Source: Candidatus Binatia bacterium
GTDB taxonomy: Bacteria; Desulfobacterota; Binatia; Bin18
DNA length: 64,000 bases
Assembly (NCBI GenBank): GCA_963664395.2
Contig: OY761159.2
Span: 4,256,001-4,320,000 of the forward strand
Direction: 5' to 3'
The notes under the pieces were generated by a model, which saw only the letters and a list, made by a program, of their open reading frames with translations, had not been told where the DNA came from and did not search any database. This document shows, piece after piece, positions 1 to 12,916 of the stretch. A program made the position numbers and the translations under genes. Numbering within the stretch: the first letter of the stretch is position 1; each line of letters opens with the position of its first letter.

Positions 1-503
1 TGGCAAAGAATCGAACGACGTTGGAATCCCTGGCTGAGCAGTTTCAATCGAGGCAGGTACACAAAACCTACGGAGCTGTCGTGGTGGGATGCCTGCCGCA
101 GCATGAGGGGGAGATTTCTTTTCCCATTGGCCGGCATCCACAGGACCGGAAGAAAATGTCCATCCACGCCCGGAAGAGCCGTCCGGCGGTCAGTCGGTAT
201 GAAGTCCTGAAGTCGTGCCGCCACGTTTCATTCGTCCAGCTCTTTCCCAAGACCGGTCGGACCCACCAACTGCGGGTTCATCTCGCTGCGCTCAACCACC
301 CGATTATTGGGGATTATCTATATGGGTCTCGTCGGAGAGAGAAAATACTTCCCCCTGAGATTCAGCACTTCCCTCGCCAAGCCTTGCATGCTGAGGCTAT
401 TGAATTCATACACCCCCAAGACCATACCGTGATGACAATTCAGGCTCCTTATCCTGATGACTTTGCTGGGCTCCTGCTGGAATTATCCGCTGTCTGGGAG
501 TGA
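1..503 (+). CDS. RluA/RluD-family 23S rRNA pseudouridine synthase, 5'-truncated by window edge
   Basis: KTGRTHQLRVH, HPIIGDYLYG and RQALHA motifs typical of the RluD C-terminal half. Confidence 0.88.
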   Translation, partial: AKNRTTLESLAEQFQSRQVHKTYGAVVVGCLPQHEGEISFPIGRHPQDRKKMSIHARKSRPAVSRYEVLKSCRHVSFVQLFPKTGRTHQLRVHLAALNHPIIGDYLYGSRRREKILPPEIQHFPRQALHAEAIEFIHPQDHTVMTIQAPYPDDFAGLLLELSAVWE

Positions 504-512
504 GTCTTTTCG

Positions 513-541
513 TTGACAGATTTGTGATGATGTATTATGGT
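513..541 (+). promoter_or_regulatory. sigma70-type promoter upstream of rho
   Basis: TTGACA(513-518)-17 nt-TATGGT(536-541). Confidence 0.65.
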
Positions 542-744
542 AAAAAAAAGATTTCACAGAGGATGAGTCGTCTTCTGTAGACCACTCCGACAAAGAGTTT
601 CTCACCGGTCATACTGCTGTTTCTTGATGGCTTTTCCCCTCTACGGGTAATAAGCGTCCGAGGCGAACGAGCCTAACGCGACGATTCTTAATACCAAGGA
701 ACGCCCCTCCAGTTTCACTGCTGTAGACAAATTGGGAGGAAGAT

Positions 745-2073
745 ATGGGTCGAACGACCACAAAGAGTAATGATGCAAATGGACTCCAGGATGTTCGCAT
801 TAATGGAGTTGGCGAAGATGTCGGTCTGAACCTCAAGTCTCTGAAATCAAAGAAAATTGGAGAACTGACGGAGATCGCACGGAATTTTAATGTCGAAGGC
901 GCATCCAGTCTCCGTAAGCAAGACTTGATCTTTTCTATTCTACAAGCCCAGGCCGAGCAGAGTGGCTTTATCTATGGAGAGGGCGTGCTGGAGATTCTCT
1001 CTGACGGTTTCGGTTTTCTGCGTTCTCCTGACTACAATTATCTGCCCGGACCGGATGACATTTATGTATCCCCGAGCCAGATTCGGCGGTTTAGTTTACG
1101 GACCGGAGACGTCGTGGCCGGGCAAATCCGTCCGCCCAAAGAAGGCGAGCGCTATTTTGCCTTGCTGAAAGTTGAAGCCACGAATTATGAGGAACCTGAA
1201 CGCGCCCGAGACAAAATCCTCTTTGACAATTTGACGCCGCTCTACCCGGAAGAACAACTCCGGCTTGAGCACAATCTTGAGGAATACACCACGCGGACCA
1301 TTGATCTGTTCACTCCCATAGGCAAGGGGCAGCGTGGTTTGATCGTTGCCGCTCCTCGCACGGGCAAGACTATGATGCTGCAAAATTTGGCGCATGGCAT
1401 TGTTCACAATCATAAAGAGGCCATTTTGATCGTCTTATTGATTGACGAGCGACCGGAGGAAGTCACCGATGTGCAGCGCTCAGTCCGTGCCGAGGTCGTG
1501 AGTTCGACGTTTGACGAACCGGCGAATCGGCACGTGCAGGTGGCGGAAATGGTCCTGGAAAAGGCAAAACGTCTGGTCGAGCACGGAAAAGACGTTGTCG
1601 TCTTACTCGACAGTATTACCCGCTTAGCGCGCGCGAATAACGCGGTAGTTCCGCCGAGTGGAAAATTGCTGTCGGGTGGTGTCGATGCCAATGCCTTACG
1701 GATGCCGAAAAAATTCTTTGGAGCGGCACGGAACATTGAAGATGGGGGAAGCTTAACCATTATCGGGACGGCCCTGGTCGATACCGGCAGTCGTATGGAT
1801 GAAGTCATCTTTGAAGAATTCAAAGGGACTGGTAATATGGAAATCCACCTGGACCGCCGCCTGATGGATAAGCGGATTTTCCCGGCCATGGATATTGGCC
1901 GCTCCGGGACACGCAAGGAAGAGATGTTGCTGACTAAGAAGACCTTGGACCGAATGCGGCTTCTCAGACAATTGTTGACCCAAATGAACGCCGTTGAAGC
2001 AATGGAATTTTTTATGGATAAAATCCAGGGGACCAAGGATAATCAAGAATTTCTTGAGTCCATGAATCAATAG
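745..2073 (+). CDS. rho: Transcription termination factor Rho
   Basis: [28 protein letters not shown]-binding motif; [19 protein letters not shown] Walker A; [12 protein letters not shown]. Confidence 0.98.
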   Translation: MGRTTTKSNDANGLQDVRINGVGEDVGLNLKSLKSKKIGELTEIARNFNVEGASSLRKQDLIFSILQAQAEQSGFIYGEGVLEILSDGFGFLRSPDYNYLPGPDDIYVSPSQIRRFSLRTGDVVAGQIRPPKEGERYFALLKVEATNYEEPERARDKILFDNLTPLYPEEQLRLEHNLEEYTTRTIDLFTPIGKGQRGLIVAAPRTGKTMMLQNLAHGIVHNHKEAILIVLLIDERPEEVTDVQRSVRAEVVSSTFDEPANRHVQVAEMVLEKAKRLVEHGKDVVVLLDSITRLARANNAVVPPSGKLLSGGVDANALRMPKKFFGAARNIEDGGSLTIIGTALVDTGSRMDEVIFEEFKGTGNMEIHLDRRLMDKRIFPAMDIGRSGTRKEEMLLTKKTLDRMRLLRQLLTQMNAVEAMEFFMDKIQGTKDNQEFLESMNQ

Positions 2074-2175
2074 CCTTCTCTGGCGCGTTGCAAATATTTT
2101 TCGCCTTTGATACAAGATTCCTCCCTGAGATTAAGAATATTCCACCCATAGTGAAGAAAGAAAGGTGCCCTGTAC

Positions 2176-3045
2176 ATGGCTGAAATTACGATTAAGCAAC
2201 TGCTTGAGGCCGGGGTTCACTTCGGCCACCAGACGAGTCGTTGGGACCCAAAGATGAAGCCCTATATTTTTGGTGCCCGAAACGGGATCCACATCATCGA
2301 CTTACAGCAAACCGTGGGCATGCTGCGTGATGCGTGTGGCTTCATTCGTGACCTGGTAGCAGATGGTGGTCAGATTCTCTTTGTCGGGACCAAGAAACAG
2401 GCACAGGAAGTCGTGCGCGAAACAGCCGAGCGCTGTGAGATGTTTTACGTCAATAACCGCTGGCTGGGTGGGATGTTAACGAACTTTCAAACCATCCGGA
2501 AGTCTATCGACCGACTCAAACGAGTCGAGGAGATGCTCGAAACACCTGCCATCGCTGACGCTCTGACGAAGAAAGAACTCCTGGGGATGAGCCGGGAACG
2601 CGATAAGCTGATGAGTGTGTTAGGTGGCATTAAAACTATGCGGAAGCTGCCTGATGCGATATTTGTGGTGGACACCAAGAAGGAAGAAATCGCAGTGCGG
2701 GAGGCGAATAAGCTCGGTCTGCCAGTCGTTGCTGCCATTGATTCAAACTGTGACCCGGATCTTATAGCGCATAAAATTCCAGGCAATGACGATGCCATTC
2801 GCGCCATTCGTCTTTTCGCGAGTGCCATAGCCGATGCCTCCATAGAAGGACGGGCGCTGTATCAAGAGCAGCAACAAGGAGAGGGCGAGGCACTCAATCA
2901 GGCAGAGCTCGAAGGGGCAGAGGCGCAAGCTGGACCGGATATGGCAGAAACTCCTACGCCATCCCCTGCGGCGCAAGCCGAAGACACTCCGACGGAGGCG
3001 ACGCCTGTTGCGGCGACGCCTGTTGCGGAAGGGAGTGATGCGTGA
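2176..3045 (+). CDS. rpsB: 30S ribosomal protein S2
   Basis: [31 protein letters not shown]; acidic low-complexity tail. Confidence 0.98.
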   Translation: MAEITIKQLLEAGVHFGHQTSRWDPKMKPYIFGARNGIHIIDLQQTVGMLRDACGFIRDLVADGGQILFVGTKKQAQEVVRETAERCEMFYVNNRWLGGMLTNFQTIRKSIDRLKRVEEMLETPAIADALTKKELLGMSRERDKLMSVLGGIKTMRKLPDAIFVVDTKKEEIAVREANKLGLPVVAAIDSNCDPDLIAHKIPGNDDAIRAIRLFASAIADASIEGRALYQEQQQGEGEALNQAELEGAEAQAGPDMAETPTPSPAAQAEDTPTEATPVAATPVAEGSDA

Positions 3046-3665
3046 GCGATATTTCGATGGCCCAGGTAAAAGAACTCCGCGAGCGTACAGGAGCGGGCAT
3101 TGTCAACTGTAAAAAAGCGCTCGCCGAAAATAATGGTGATATTGAAAAAGCCATTGACTTTCTTCGTGAGAAAGGATTCGCCGCCGCCGCGAAGAGGGCT
3201 GGACGCGCGGCAGAGCAGGGAGTGGTCGGCTCCTATATTCACGGCGGTGGCAAGATCGGCGTCTTGGTTGAAGTGAATTGTGAAACTGACTTTGTGGCCC
3301 GGACTGAGGAATTCCAACAGCTTGTCAAAGATATTGCCATGCAAGTGGCCGCCGCAAGTCCACGTTGCGTGCGTCGAGAAGAGATCGCTGCGGCGGAACT
3401 CGAACGGGAGCGGGCGGTCTACCAGACGCAGGCCGAAGCGTCTGGAAAGCCGGCTCAGGTTATTGAGAAGATGATTTCTGGGAAAGTTGAGAAATTTTAC
3501 CGCGAAGTGTGCTTGCTCGAACAGGCATATATTCGGGAGCCGAGCAAAACGGTACAAGAAATTGTCAATGATACCGTGAGTAAGACGGGCGAAAACATTG
3601 TGGTCCACCGGTTTGCGCGTTTTCAAATTGGAGAAGCAGGAGTTGCTGACAGGGGGGCCGAGTAG
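3042..3665 (+). CDS. tsf: Elongation factor Ts (short form)
   Basis: [21 protein letters not shown]; follows rpsB. Confidence 0.97.
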   Translation: MSDISMAQVKELRERTGAGIVNCKKALAENNGDIEKAIDFLREKGFAAAAKRAGRAAEQGVVGSYIHGGGKIGVLVEVNCETDFVARTEEFQQLVKDIAMQVAAASPRCVRREEIAAAELERERAVYQTQAEASGKPAQVIEKMISGKVEKFYREVCLLEQAYIREPSKTVQEIVNDTVSKTGENIVVHRFARFQIGEAGVADRGAE

Positions 3666-3670
3666 GTCGC

Positions 3671-4402
3671 ATGGCGACGAAGTCTGCACCATACCAGCGC
3701 GTACTGCTCAAGCTGGGGGGAGAAGCGCTCGCTGGTGAACGAGGCTATGGGATTGACGATGCTGTCTTATCTCGCATAGCCGGAGAGATTCAGGAAATCC
3801 ATGCGCTGGGGTGTGAGACCGCTTTGGTCTTAGGTGGAGGTAACATCCTGCGCGGAGTAGAAGCAAGCTCAAGGGGGATTGCGCGGGCGACCGGCGATTA
3901 TATGGGGATGCTGGCAACGGTGATCAACAGCTTGGCCATGCAAGAGGCTTTGGAAAAGTTGGAGATTCCCACGCGCGTGATGTCAGCCCTGGCAGTAGCG
4001 CAGGTGGCAGAACCGTATATTAGACGGCGCGCAACGCGCCATCTTGAGAAAGGCCGCGTCGTTATTTTTGCTTCCGGTACCGGCAATCCGTATTTCACCA
4101 CGGACACTGCAGCCAGCTTGCGGGCTATGGAAATTGGAGCGCAAGCGATTTTCAAAGCAACCAAAGTTGACGGGATCTATAGTGCTGACCCGATGAAAGA
4201 TTCGGGGGCCGAGCGGTATCAAAAATTGACATATATTGAAGTCCTCCAGCAGAATCTCAAGATAATGGACTCCACTGCCATCTCATTGTGTATGGATAAT
4301 AATCTCCCAATCATTGTGTTCAGTATGCTCGAGCCAGGCAATATCCAGCGAGTGGTACGTGGAGAGCCTATCGGAACGGTGGTCAATGGGGGGGAGCTAT
4401 GA
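3671..4402 (+). CDS. pyrH: UMP kinase
   Basis: [36 protein letters not shown]. Confidence 0.97.
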   Translation: MATKSAPYQRVLLKLGGEALAGERGYGIDDAVLSRIAGEIQEIHALGCETALVLGGGNILRGVEASSRGIARATGDYMGMLATVINSLAMQEALEKLEIPTRVMSALAVAQVAEPYIRRRATRHLEKGRVVIFASGTGNPYFTTDTAASLRAMEIGAQAIFKATKVDGIYSADPMKDSGAERYQKLTYIEVLQQNLKIMDSTAISLCMDNNLPIIVFSMLEPGNIQRVVRGEPIGTVVNGGEL

Positions 4403-4956
4403 GCGCCGAAGTTTTGGAACAAATGAAGCAAGAAATGGAGCAAACGCTTGGGTCGCTCCGGGCCGATTTTTCGAAAGTCCGCACCGGTCGTGCATCTACG
4501 TCGTTAATCGAAGGTGTGATGGTGGAATATTATGGGTCCCCAACCCCGCTGAATCAACTCGCCTCCTTGTCCGTACCAGAAGCACGCCTCCTTGTTGTCC
4601 AACCATACGAAAAAAACATCGTCGGTGCTGTGGAAAAGGCGATTTATCGGGCAGACTTGGGTCTTACTCCAATAAATGATGGCAAAGTCATTCGAGTCCC
4701 CATACCCGAACTAACCGAAGAACGGCGGAGGGACTTTGTCCGAAAAATTCGCAAAAGTGCAGAGGACTACCGAGTTTCCATGCGGAACCATAGACGCGAC
4801 GCCAACGACTATCTCAAGGAAATGCAGAAAGATAAAGAGATTACAGAAGATGAATTGCATGCTACACAGGACCGTGTGCAAAAGGTGACGAATGAGTATA
4901 TCGAAAAACTTGACCATATCCTCAAGCTCAAAGAGGAAGAGTTGATGGTGGTATAA
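4399..4956 (+). CDS. frr: Ribosome recycling factor
   Basis: [22 protein letters not shown]; synteny. Confidence 0.97.
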   Translation: MSAEVLEQMKQEMEQTLGSLRADFSKVRTGRASTSLIEGVMVEYYGSPTPLNQLASLSVPEARLLVVQPYEKNIVGAVEKAIYRADLGLTPINDGKVIRVPIPELTEERRRDFVRKIRKSAEDYRVSMRNHRRDANDYLKEMQKDKEITEDELHATQDRVQKVTNEYIEKLDHILKLKEEELMVV

Positions 4957-5018
4957 GTGATGATGTTCTCCTGCGATTGTCCAAGTGAGCAATCTATTCT
5001 AACCCGCTCTTTACACGC

Positions 5019-5780
5019 GTGAGTGCTATTATCGAGAAAGATCAATTGCCCCGTCATGTTGCCATCATTATGGATGGCAACGGTCGTTGGGCACAGCGAC
5101 GTGGATTAAGCCGCATTGAAGGCCACAAGCGCGGGAAAGAAGCCGTTCGCAATATTGTTGAGACCAGTCGAAGCATAGGTCTCTCGTATCTCACCCTATA
5201 CGCGTTTTCTTCGGAGAACTGGCAGCGCCCGCCCCGCGAAGTCCGTGCGCTCATGGGACTACTCAATCGCTACCTCCGGACGGAATTACGCCGCATGATG
5301 CAGTATAATATTCGCCTCCGAGCTATCGGCGATTTGGGCCGCCTTCCGGCGAATGTTCGCAAGTCTCTCCTCGATGTTATTGCTGCAACACAAGACAACA
5401 CCGGCCTGACTGTTGTCTTAGCCGTGAGCTATGGTGCGCGGGAAGAAATCGTTGCCGCGGTACAGGCTCTGGCTACGGCGGTGCAGGCCGGGCAACTGCG
5501 GCCCTTCGAGATTGACCAGCAGACTATCGAACAATCGTTGTGGACGGCAGACATTCCCGCCCCGGACCTCCTTATCCGGACCAGTGGAGAGTTCCGTATC
5601 AGTAACTTTATGCTGTGGCAGCTGGCGTACACGGAACTCTATGTGACAGATACCCTGTGGCCAGATTTCGACCGCGCAGCATTTTTACAAGCCTTGGCTG
5701 ATTATCAACAGCGCAATCGGCGTTTTGGTCGGACGGCCGAGCAACTGGTTGAGACTGAGCTCAAACGTGCTGCGCACTAG
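5019..5780 (+). CDS. uppS: Undecaprenyl diphosphate synthase
   Basis: PRHVAIIMDGNGRWA, YAFSSENW, DLLIRTSGEFRISNFMLWQ. Confidence 0.97.
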   Translation: MSAIIEKDQLPRHVAIIMDGNGRWAQRRGLSRIEGHKRGKEAVRNIVETSRSIGLSYLTLYAFSSENWQRPPREVRALMGLLNRYLRTELRRMMQYNIRLRAIGDLGRLPANVRKSLLDVIAATQDNTGLTVVLAVSYGAREEIVAAVQALATAVQAGQLRPFEIDQQTIEQSLWTADIPAPDLLIRTSGEFRISNFMLWQLAYTELYVTDTLWPDFDRAAFLQALADYQQRNRRFGRTAEQLVETELKRAAH

Positions 5781-6576
5781 GCTCCTGACCGCGGCGGGCG
5801 TGCTCCCCCTTCTTATCTTCCTGATAGGCTATGCTCCGGAGTGGGGCTTTTCGAGTGCCATTCTTGTTCTCACCGGTGTCGGTTTATTTGAATACTTCTC
5901 ACTCACGCGGGACCAATATACCCTCTCTCCGGTCATTGGCGAACTGTGGGGTATGCTTGTCGCACTCAGCATGTTATCGAGCGATGCGCGGCTCGTCGGA
6001 GCTACGCTGACCCTCGGCTTTATACTGATTTTTACCCTGAGTCTTCGAGACCGTCATCCCGCGCGAGGAATCCGGACGACCAGCCTCTTCGTGCTTGGCG
6101 TTGTGTATATCGGGTTTCTTTTTCCGCATTTTCTGTGGATCCACCGAGGTCCGGAGGGTGCGGCCTGGGTTTTTTTTATATTACTTGTGGCTATGCTTGG
6201 AGACACCGGAGGGTATGCCATCGGACGGATATGGGGAAAACGGAAACTGCTGCCGCATGTCAGCCCCGCTAAAACAATAGAGGGCAGTATCGGAGCGACC
6301 TGCGGGAACTGCGTGGCTGCTCTCATCGCCGGACAGTATCTACTGCCCGGTCGATCAGCGTTCGAATTAGTGACGCTTGCCCTGATTGTCGGACTATTCG
6401 CCCAGGTGGGTGACTTATGTGAGTCTGCCTTGAAGCGGGCCTGTAGCGCAAAGGACTCGGGCCATTTCTTTCCCGGCCATGGCGGAGTGCTTGATCGTAT
6501 CGATAGTTTGCTTTTCCCGGTTGCCTTTATCTATTACTATACTACTCTGTGGAGTTCAGTCTGGCCCGGAAACTGA
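5767..6576 (+). CDS. cdsA: Phosphatidate cytidylyltransferase
   Basis: VSPAKTIEG and KDSGHFFPGHGGVLDRIDS; GTG start chosen at 5767. Confidence 0.93.
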   Translation: MLRTRLLTAAGVLPLLIFLIGYAPEWGFSSAILVLTGVGLFEYFSLTRDQYTLSPVIGELWGMLVALSMLSSDARLVGATLTLGFILIFTLSLRDRHPARGIRTTSLFVLGVVYIGFLFPHFLWIHRGPEGAAWVFFILLVAMLGDTGGYAIGRIWGKRKLLPHVSPAKTIEGSIGATCGNCVAALIAGQYLLPGRSAFELVTLALIVGLFAQVGDLCESALKRACSAKDSGHFFPGHGGVLDRIDSLLFPVAFIYYYTTLWSSVWPGN

Positions 6577-6589
6577 GGAGCATGTAGGC

Positions 6590-7660
6590 ATGGATCTTTC
6601 GACTTTTGATGTTGCGCTACGAGTGATTATTGTCTTTGGGTTGATTATTTTTGTGCACGAGCTGGGGCACTTCCTGGCCGCCAAATGGGTCGGTGTTGGG
6701 GTCGAGCGGTTCTCGCTCGGATTTGGTCCGAAACTCATTGGCCGCCAGGTCGGCGAAACTGAGTATTTACTCAGCGCAATTCCTCTGGGTGGCTATGTGA
6801 AGATGGTTGGAGAGGAAGTCGGCGAGGAGGTGAATGAGGCTGATCTGTCTCGCTCCTTCACCCATAAATCGTTGCCGAAACGCTTTCTGATTGTCTTTGC
6901 CGGTCCATTTGCCAACTTTCTGATGGCTTTTGTTGTCTTTAGTCTGGCCTTTGCCCAATTTGGCATCAATGTTCCGATTGACCAGCCCAGAGTTGGTGGC
7001 GTAGTGGCGAACATGCCGGCGGAAGCGGCAGGTTTGGAGCGGGAGGACGAGATCCTCAAAGTCGATGGGACTGAAGTCCACACCTGGGAAGAACTGGCTG
7101 AGCAGATCCAGCACAGCAATGGGAATGAAATTCAATTGGTCATTAAAAAGACGAACGGCGGCCAGGTTCTTGCAACAACGGTAACCCCCCAACTGCGTGA
7201 CAACCCCGTCAGCGGACAAGTCTACGTGATTGGTATTGAGCGGGCCTTTACGACCGAGCCTGTTGCGGTGGGGCGGGCGATGGCACTCGGCGCTGAGCAA
7301 ACCTGGTTGTGGACACAACTCATTTTAGACAGCGTGGTAAAGCTTGTGAGTGGAGAGGTTTCAACCAAAGAACTGGGCGGTCCCATTCTCATTGCGCAGG
7401 TGGCTGGCCAGCAGGCGCGTTTGGGACTGGATTATTTACTGCGCTTCACGGCCATCATTAACGTCAACTTGGCAGTCTTTAATCTTCTGCCTATTCCGGT
7501 CCTCGACGGTGGCCATCTGTTGCTTATGTTCATTGAACTCCTCATTGGTCGCCCGTTGAGTAATCGTTCCAAAGAAATGGCGCTGCGCGTAGGCTTTCTG
7601 GTCATCGTCTCGCTCATCGTCTTGGTCTTCTACAACGATATTTCGCGACTTGTCAGCTGA
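6590..7660 (+). CDS. rseP: RIP metalloprotease RseP
   Basis: HELGH, PDZ region, FNLLPIPVLDGGH; ATG 6590 after GAGGAG. Confidence 0.95.
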   Translation: MDLSTFDVALRVIIVFGLIIFVHELGHFLAAKWVGVGVERFSLGFGPKLIGRQVGETEYLLSAIPLGGYVKMVGEEVGEEVNEADLSRSFTHKSLPKRFLIVFAGPFANFLMAFVVFSLAFAQFGINVPIDQPRVGGVVANMPAEAAGLEREDEILKVDGTEVHTWEELAEQIQHSNGNEIQLVIKKTNGGQVLATTVTPQLRDNPVSGQVYVIGIERAFTTEPVAVGRAMALGAEQTWLWTQLILDSVVKLVSGEVSTKELGGPILIAQVAGQQARLGLDYLLRFTAIINVNLAVFNLLPIPVLDGGHLLLMFIELLIGRPLSNRSKEMALRVGFLVIVSLIVLVFYNDISRLVS

Positions 7661-7668
7661 TATCCGCC

Positions 7669-8379
7669 ATGCTCGTTCTCGGCATTGACACTGCTACTCC
7701 GATTGCGAGTGTCGGCCTGATACATGACGGCAGTGTGCTGGCAGAACAATCACGCGCCGCTGCCACGAGTCATGCGGAAAATCTGTTGCCGTTGATTCAG
7801 CACGTTCTCGACCAGTCACAGGTCAGCTTGCCTGAGATCGACGGTATGGGGGTTACGATAGGCCCTGGAGCCTTCTCTGGTCTGCGCATCGCACTCGGCA
7901 CGATAAAAGGCTTTGCCTATGCCCTCTCTCAACGGGTTGCCGGAGTCTCGACGCTCCTGACGCTTGCCCATGCAGTGACAGAGTGGACAGGCAGATTGTG
8001 TGTTGTGCTGGATGCTCGCAAGCGTGCAGTGTATGCCGCTTTCTTTGCGCGTGACGCAGGAGGGCAAATTACCCGCCTGACTGAAGATATGGTCCTCTCT
8101 CCCGAAGAGTTGGTCACCCAAGTCTTTGCTCCATTAGAAACTATTGGCCTCTTCGTTGGGGATGGCGTTGAGCGCTACGGTGCAATAATCCGAGAAAACT
8201 GCAGGCCGAATACAGAGTTTATTCCGCTCACTGCTGTCCCGCCCCGCGGCAGCATTGTCGCCCGCTTAGCTTGGGTGCGGTTCAAGCAGGGAGACCACGA
8301 CGACATATCGCAACTCGTTCCGCATTATATCCGCCGCTCCGATGCGGAGCGCAACCGGCTGAAACAGCGTTCAGAATAG
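7669..8379 (+). CDS. tsaB: tRNA t6A biosynthesis protein TsaB
   Basis: LGIDTAT, GPGAFSGLRI, LDARK. Confidence 0.92.
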   Translation: MLVLGIDTATPIASVGLIHDGSVLAEQSRAAATSHAENLLPLIQHVLDQSQVSLPEIDGMGVTIGPGAFSGLRIALGTIKGFAYALSQRVAGVSTLLTLAHAVTEWTGRLCVVLDARKRAVYAAFFARDAGGQITRLTEDMVLSPEELVTQVFAPLETIGLFVGDGVERYGAIIRENCRPNTEFIPLTAVPPRGSIVARLAWVRFKQGDHDDISQLVPHYIRRSDAERNRLKQRSE

Positions 8380-8567
8380 TCGGGCCTACGAAAAAGAACT
8401 ATACTGCTAGGTCAACAAAAGCGAGTCTTTCAGCGATCTTATGGCCTAGACAGGTTGTGTGAATTTTGGCATCCTGCCCCAGAATCTTGCTGAACAAGCA
8501 ATATCTCAGCGGATTGAGATGAGGACAGACGGACGGACTGTCCTCTTTTTCTATTCACGGATGCTAG

Positions 8568-9533
<966 letters not shown>

Positions 9534-9567
9534 TCACACCAACGGGCAAAAGTAGGGTAAGGGTGTT

Positions 9568-10731
9568 ATGAACATTCACGAATACCAAGCAAAAGAGATA
9601 CTGCGGAAAAATGGGGTGGCCGTGTTGGACGGCAAGGTTGCCACAACCCCGGACGAGGCCGAAGCCGCTGCCAAGGAACTGGGCGGTGGGGTCTGTGTCG
9701 TCAAAGCCCAGATTCACGCCGGTGGGCGTGGCAAAGCCGGTGGCGTTAGGCTGGCCAAGACGCCGCAGGAAGCACGCGAACACGCCGCGGCTCTGCTTGG
9801 CACAACCCTGGTGACACACCAAACTGGGCCCGAGGGCAAGGAAGTCCAAAAGGTCTTTGTTGAGCAGGGCTGTGATATTGATAAAGAGTTCTATCTGGGC
9901 ATGGTCATTGACCGTACGACCTCGCGGATTACGGTTATGGCCAGTTCCGAGGGGGGCGTGGAGATCGAGGAAGTGGCCGAGCGCTCGCCCGAGAAGATTC
10001 TCCGCGCCACAATTGATCCCGCGATTGGCTTCGGGGATTTCCAAGGCCGCCAGCTTGCCTACGGCCTGGGTCTGCCCAAAGACTCGGTCAACAAAGCCGT
10101 GGCGTTTATGCGCGGTTTATACAAGACATTTTCCGAGAGTGATGCCTCCATGGCTGAGATTAATCCGCTGGTGCTCACGAAATCCGGCGATCTTGTCGCC
10201 TTGGATGCCAAGATGGGTTTTGATGACAACGCGCTGTTCCGTCAGGCCGATATTCGCGAGATGCGGGATGTGGCTGAGGAAAACGAGAAAGAAGTCGCTG
10301 CCTCCAAGTTTGACCTCAATTATATTGCCCTGGATGGCAATATTGGCTGCATGGTCAATGGGGCTGGGCTGGCGATGGCGACCATGGACATCATTAAACA
10401 CTACGGGGCTGCGCCCGCGAACTTTCTGGATGTGGGTGGCGGTGCGACCACTGAGAAGGTGACTGAGGCGTTTAAAATTATTCTGTCAGACGAGAATGTC
10501 AAAGGTGTCCTGGTCAATATTTTTGGCGGTATTATGCGTTGCGATGTGGTGGCCAATGGTGTGGTTGAAGCCGCCCGGCAAGTGAATCTGTCGGTCCCGT
10601 TGGTCGTTCGCCTGGAGGGCACGAATGTTGAACTGGGGAAAACGATTCTGGCTGAGTCCGGGCTTGATATTATTTCTGCCGACGATTTAGCCGACGGCGC
10701 GAAGAAGATCGTCGAGGCGATTCGTGCGTAG
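9568..10731 (+). CDS. sucC: Succinyl-CoA synthetase beta subunit
   Basis: [38 protein letters not shown]. Confidence 0.98.
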   Translation: MNIHEYQAKEILRKNGVAVLDGKVATTPDEAEAAAKELGGGVCVVKAQIHAGGRGKAGGVRLAKTPQEAREHAAALLGTTLVTHQTGPEGKEVQKVFVEQGCDIDKEFYLGMVIDRTTSRITVMASSEGGVEIEEVAERSPEKILRATIDPAIGFGDFQGRQLAYGLGLPKDSVNKAVAFMRGLYKTFSESDASMAEINPLVLTKSGDLVALDAKMGFDDNALFRQADIREMRDVAEENEKEVAASKFDLNYIALDGNIGCMVNGAGLAMATMDIIKHYGAAPANFLDVGGGATTEKVTEAFKIILSDENVKGVLVNIFGGIMRCDVVANGVVEAARQVNLSVPLVVRLEGTNVELGKTILAESGLDIISADDLADGAKKIVEAIRA

Positions 10732-10792
10732 TCGGGCGCATGGGCTAACCCGTTCTTAAAATTCGTCGTGTGAGAAATCGAGGAGCACGCTC

Positions 10793-11662
10793 GTGAGCAT
10801 TCTTGTTGGTAAAGACACCAAGGTCCTGACGCAGGGAATTACCGGCTCAACCGGCCAACTGCATACCCGAGGCTGTAGAGACTACGGCAGCCGGATGGTG
10901 GCCGGGGTCACGCCCGGTCGGGGTGGGACGGATTTCGAGGGCATTCCTATCTTCAATACGGTTGTGGAGGCGGTTGCGGAAACGGGCGCAAACGCCTCCG
11001 TTATCTATGTGCCGCCGCCGTTTGCCGCCGACGCCATCATGGAAGCGGTCGATGCCGAAGTGGAGTTGGTGATTTGCATTACCGAGGGGATTCCGGTGCT
11101 CGATATGGTCCGGGTCAAGCGCTATTTGGCCGGCAAAAAATCTCGCCTTATCGGTCCCAACTGCCCGGGCGTGATTACCCCGGGGGAATGCAAGATTGGG
11201 ATTATGCCGGGCTATATCCACACCCCCGGACCAATCGGCGTTGTGTCGCGAAGTGGGACGTTAACGTATGAAGCCGTGCATCAACTCACCCAGTTGGGTA
11301 TTGGCCAGTCGTCGTGCGTCGGGATAGGCGGCGACCCTGTGAACGGAACCGGCTTTATCGATGTCTTACAGCTCTTCCAGGATGATCCCCAGACCGAAGG
11401 CGTGGTGCTGATTGGTGAAATAGGTGGTTCGGCAGAAGAAGAAGCCGCCGCGTTTATCAGAGAACATATGACCAAGCCGGTGGCTGCGTTTATTGCTGGC
11501 CAAACGGCGCCGAAAGGCAAACGTATGGGACACGCTGGGGCTATTATTGCCGGTGGTAAAGGAACCGTGGCTGAGAAGGTCCAAGCCTTCAAGGATGCGG
11601 GTGTTGCTATTATTTCAAGTCCGGCTGAGATGGGTAAAACCATGGCTGCCGCTATGGGTTAA
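10793..11662 (+). CDS. sucD: Succinyl-CoA synthetase alpha subunit
   Basis: [24 protein letters not shown]. Confidence 0.98.
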   Translation: MSILVGKDTKVLTQGITGSTGQLHTRGCRDYGSRMVAGVTPGRGGTDFEGIPIFNTVVEAVAETGANASVIYVPPPFAADAIMEAVDAEVELVICITEGIPVLDMVRVKRYLAGKKSRLIGPNCPGVITPGECKIGIMPGYIHTPGPIGVVSRSGTLTYEAVHQLTQLGIGQSSCVGIGGDPVNGTGFIDVLQLFQDDPQTEGVVLIGEIGGSAEEEAAAFIREHMTKPVAAFIAGQTAPKGKRMGHAGAIIAGGKGTVAEKVQAFKDAGVAIISSPAEMGKTMAAAMG

Positions 11663-11703
11663 GGGATTCGGATAGGTCCTCCCACCAAATTTTGTAAAGT
11701 AGG

Positions 11704-11731
11704 CTAGGGGCGGTTCATGAACCGCCCCTAC
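11704..11731. repeat. GTAG-type REP-like palindrome
   Basis: Perfect 26-bp palindrome TAGGGGCGGTTCA|TGAACCGCCCCTA (11705-11730); minus strand begins GTAG. Confidence 0.7.
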
Positions 11732-11738
11732 AAGTTCC

Positions 11739-12839
11739 ATGGCAACACCAGCGACACCACAAGCCCTGTTTCAGCAAGGCGAGCGCGCCCGCCAGAAAAG
11801 CCGCTTTGCCGAAGCGCTCGCGCTCTACCGTCAGGCGTGTCAGGCCGCGAAAGCCGCATCCGTCAGAGAATGTGAACTTGATGCTCACATCGGTATTGGC
11901 GATTGTTTACGCATGCAAGGACAATTTGGGCTGGCCAAACGCGCCTATGAGCGGGCCGGCCGTCTGGCTGGCCGCCTGGCTGATGTGGAAGGGGGGGCGG
12001 AGAGTCTGGCTGGCATTGGCCTCAGCGTCCGCGCTCAGGGGAATCCTCAGCGTGCACTGCCATATCTGGCCGAGGCGCGGGCACTCTATCGTCAGGCTAC
12101 AGTGTACGACCGGGAGAGCTTTATTGTCTGGGCTATGGGTGGGACGTACCGCTTCTGCGGCGACCTCAAAAAAGCGCTGCGCCATTTCAAACAGGCCCTC
12201 AGACTCGCCGAACGTGAGGGGGACACGATTGGAGCCGGATATGCGCTGTGTGGTCTGGGGGGAGCAGCGCGTTTGATGGGCCGGTTTGCGGATACGCAAA
12301 ACTATTACGCTGAAGCAAACGAGGTATTTGAGGTTGAAGACGATGTGTATGGCCGGGCCTATTCATACTGTGGCCTTGGCAATGCGGCCCGTATGCGTCA
12401 AGAGTTTACACCCGCTCTGCGGCTCTTTGCCAAAGCCGAACGGTTGTACATGCGGATTGGTGATAAGGCGAGCTTTGCTTATACAGTCTGGGCGATGGGC
12501 ACGGTCTTCAAAATGCAGGGCGACTTTGAGCGCAGCGTAGCGGCATTCGGACGGGCGCAACAGTTCTTCCGCGAAACACGCGACATCCGCGGCACGGTCT
12601 ACTGTCGTCTGGGAACCGGGGAAGTAGCGTTTTTACAAGGAAAGCAAAAACAAGCCCGGACAGCATTTGCTCGCTGCCACGACTTAGCCCATCGCTTTGG
12701 CTACCAGGCGGAAGCCTGCCACGCGCTTGCTGGCCTTGCCCTGGTAGCTGAGAACCCTGACTGGCGGGCTGTGAAACAAGCCTACCGAAGCTGCGGATTG
12801 TATTTTACCCCTCTCCCGCCACCGCTGAATTTGCCCTGA
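11739..12839 (+). CDS. Tetratricopeptide-repeat protein
   Basis: About eight ~40-aa repeats of type A..GLG...RM.G.F..A. Confidence 0.85.
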   Translation: MATPATPQALFQQGERARQKSRFAEALALYRQACQAAKAASVRECELDAHIGIGDCLRMQGQFGLAKRAYERAGRLAGRLADVEGGAESLAGIGLSVRAQGNPQRALPYLAEARALYRQATVYDRESFIVWAMGGTYRFCGDLKKALRHFKQALRLAEREGDTIGAGYALCGLGGAARLMGRFADTQNYYAEANEVFEVEDDVYGRAYSYCGLGNAARMRQEFTPALRLFAKAERLYMRIGDKASFAYTVWAMGTVFKMQGDFERSVAAFGRAQQFFRETRDIRGTVYCRLGTGEVAFLQGKQKQARTAFARCHDLAHRFGYQAEACHALAGLALVAENPDWRAVKQAYRSCGLYFTPLPPPLNLP

Positions 12840-12860
12840 GGGCAGACCGCGGAACGAACA

Positions 12861-12889
12861 TTGACCCCTGTAGAGAGCGTGGATAGACT
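12861..12889 (+). promoter_or_regulatory. sigma70-type promoter upstream of ndk
   Basis: TTGACC-17 nt-TAGACT. Confidence 0.55.
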
Positions 12890-12916
12890 CTCTTGCAGCA
12901 CGAGATAAGGACGCGT

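Noticed and set aside
2998-3027. 15-bp tandem repeat in the rpsB tail; also short repeats near 27649-27671 and 54101-54120
   Set aside because: Two-copy low-complexity duplications with no evident function.
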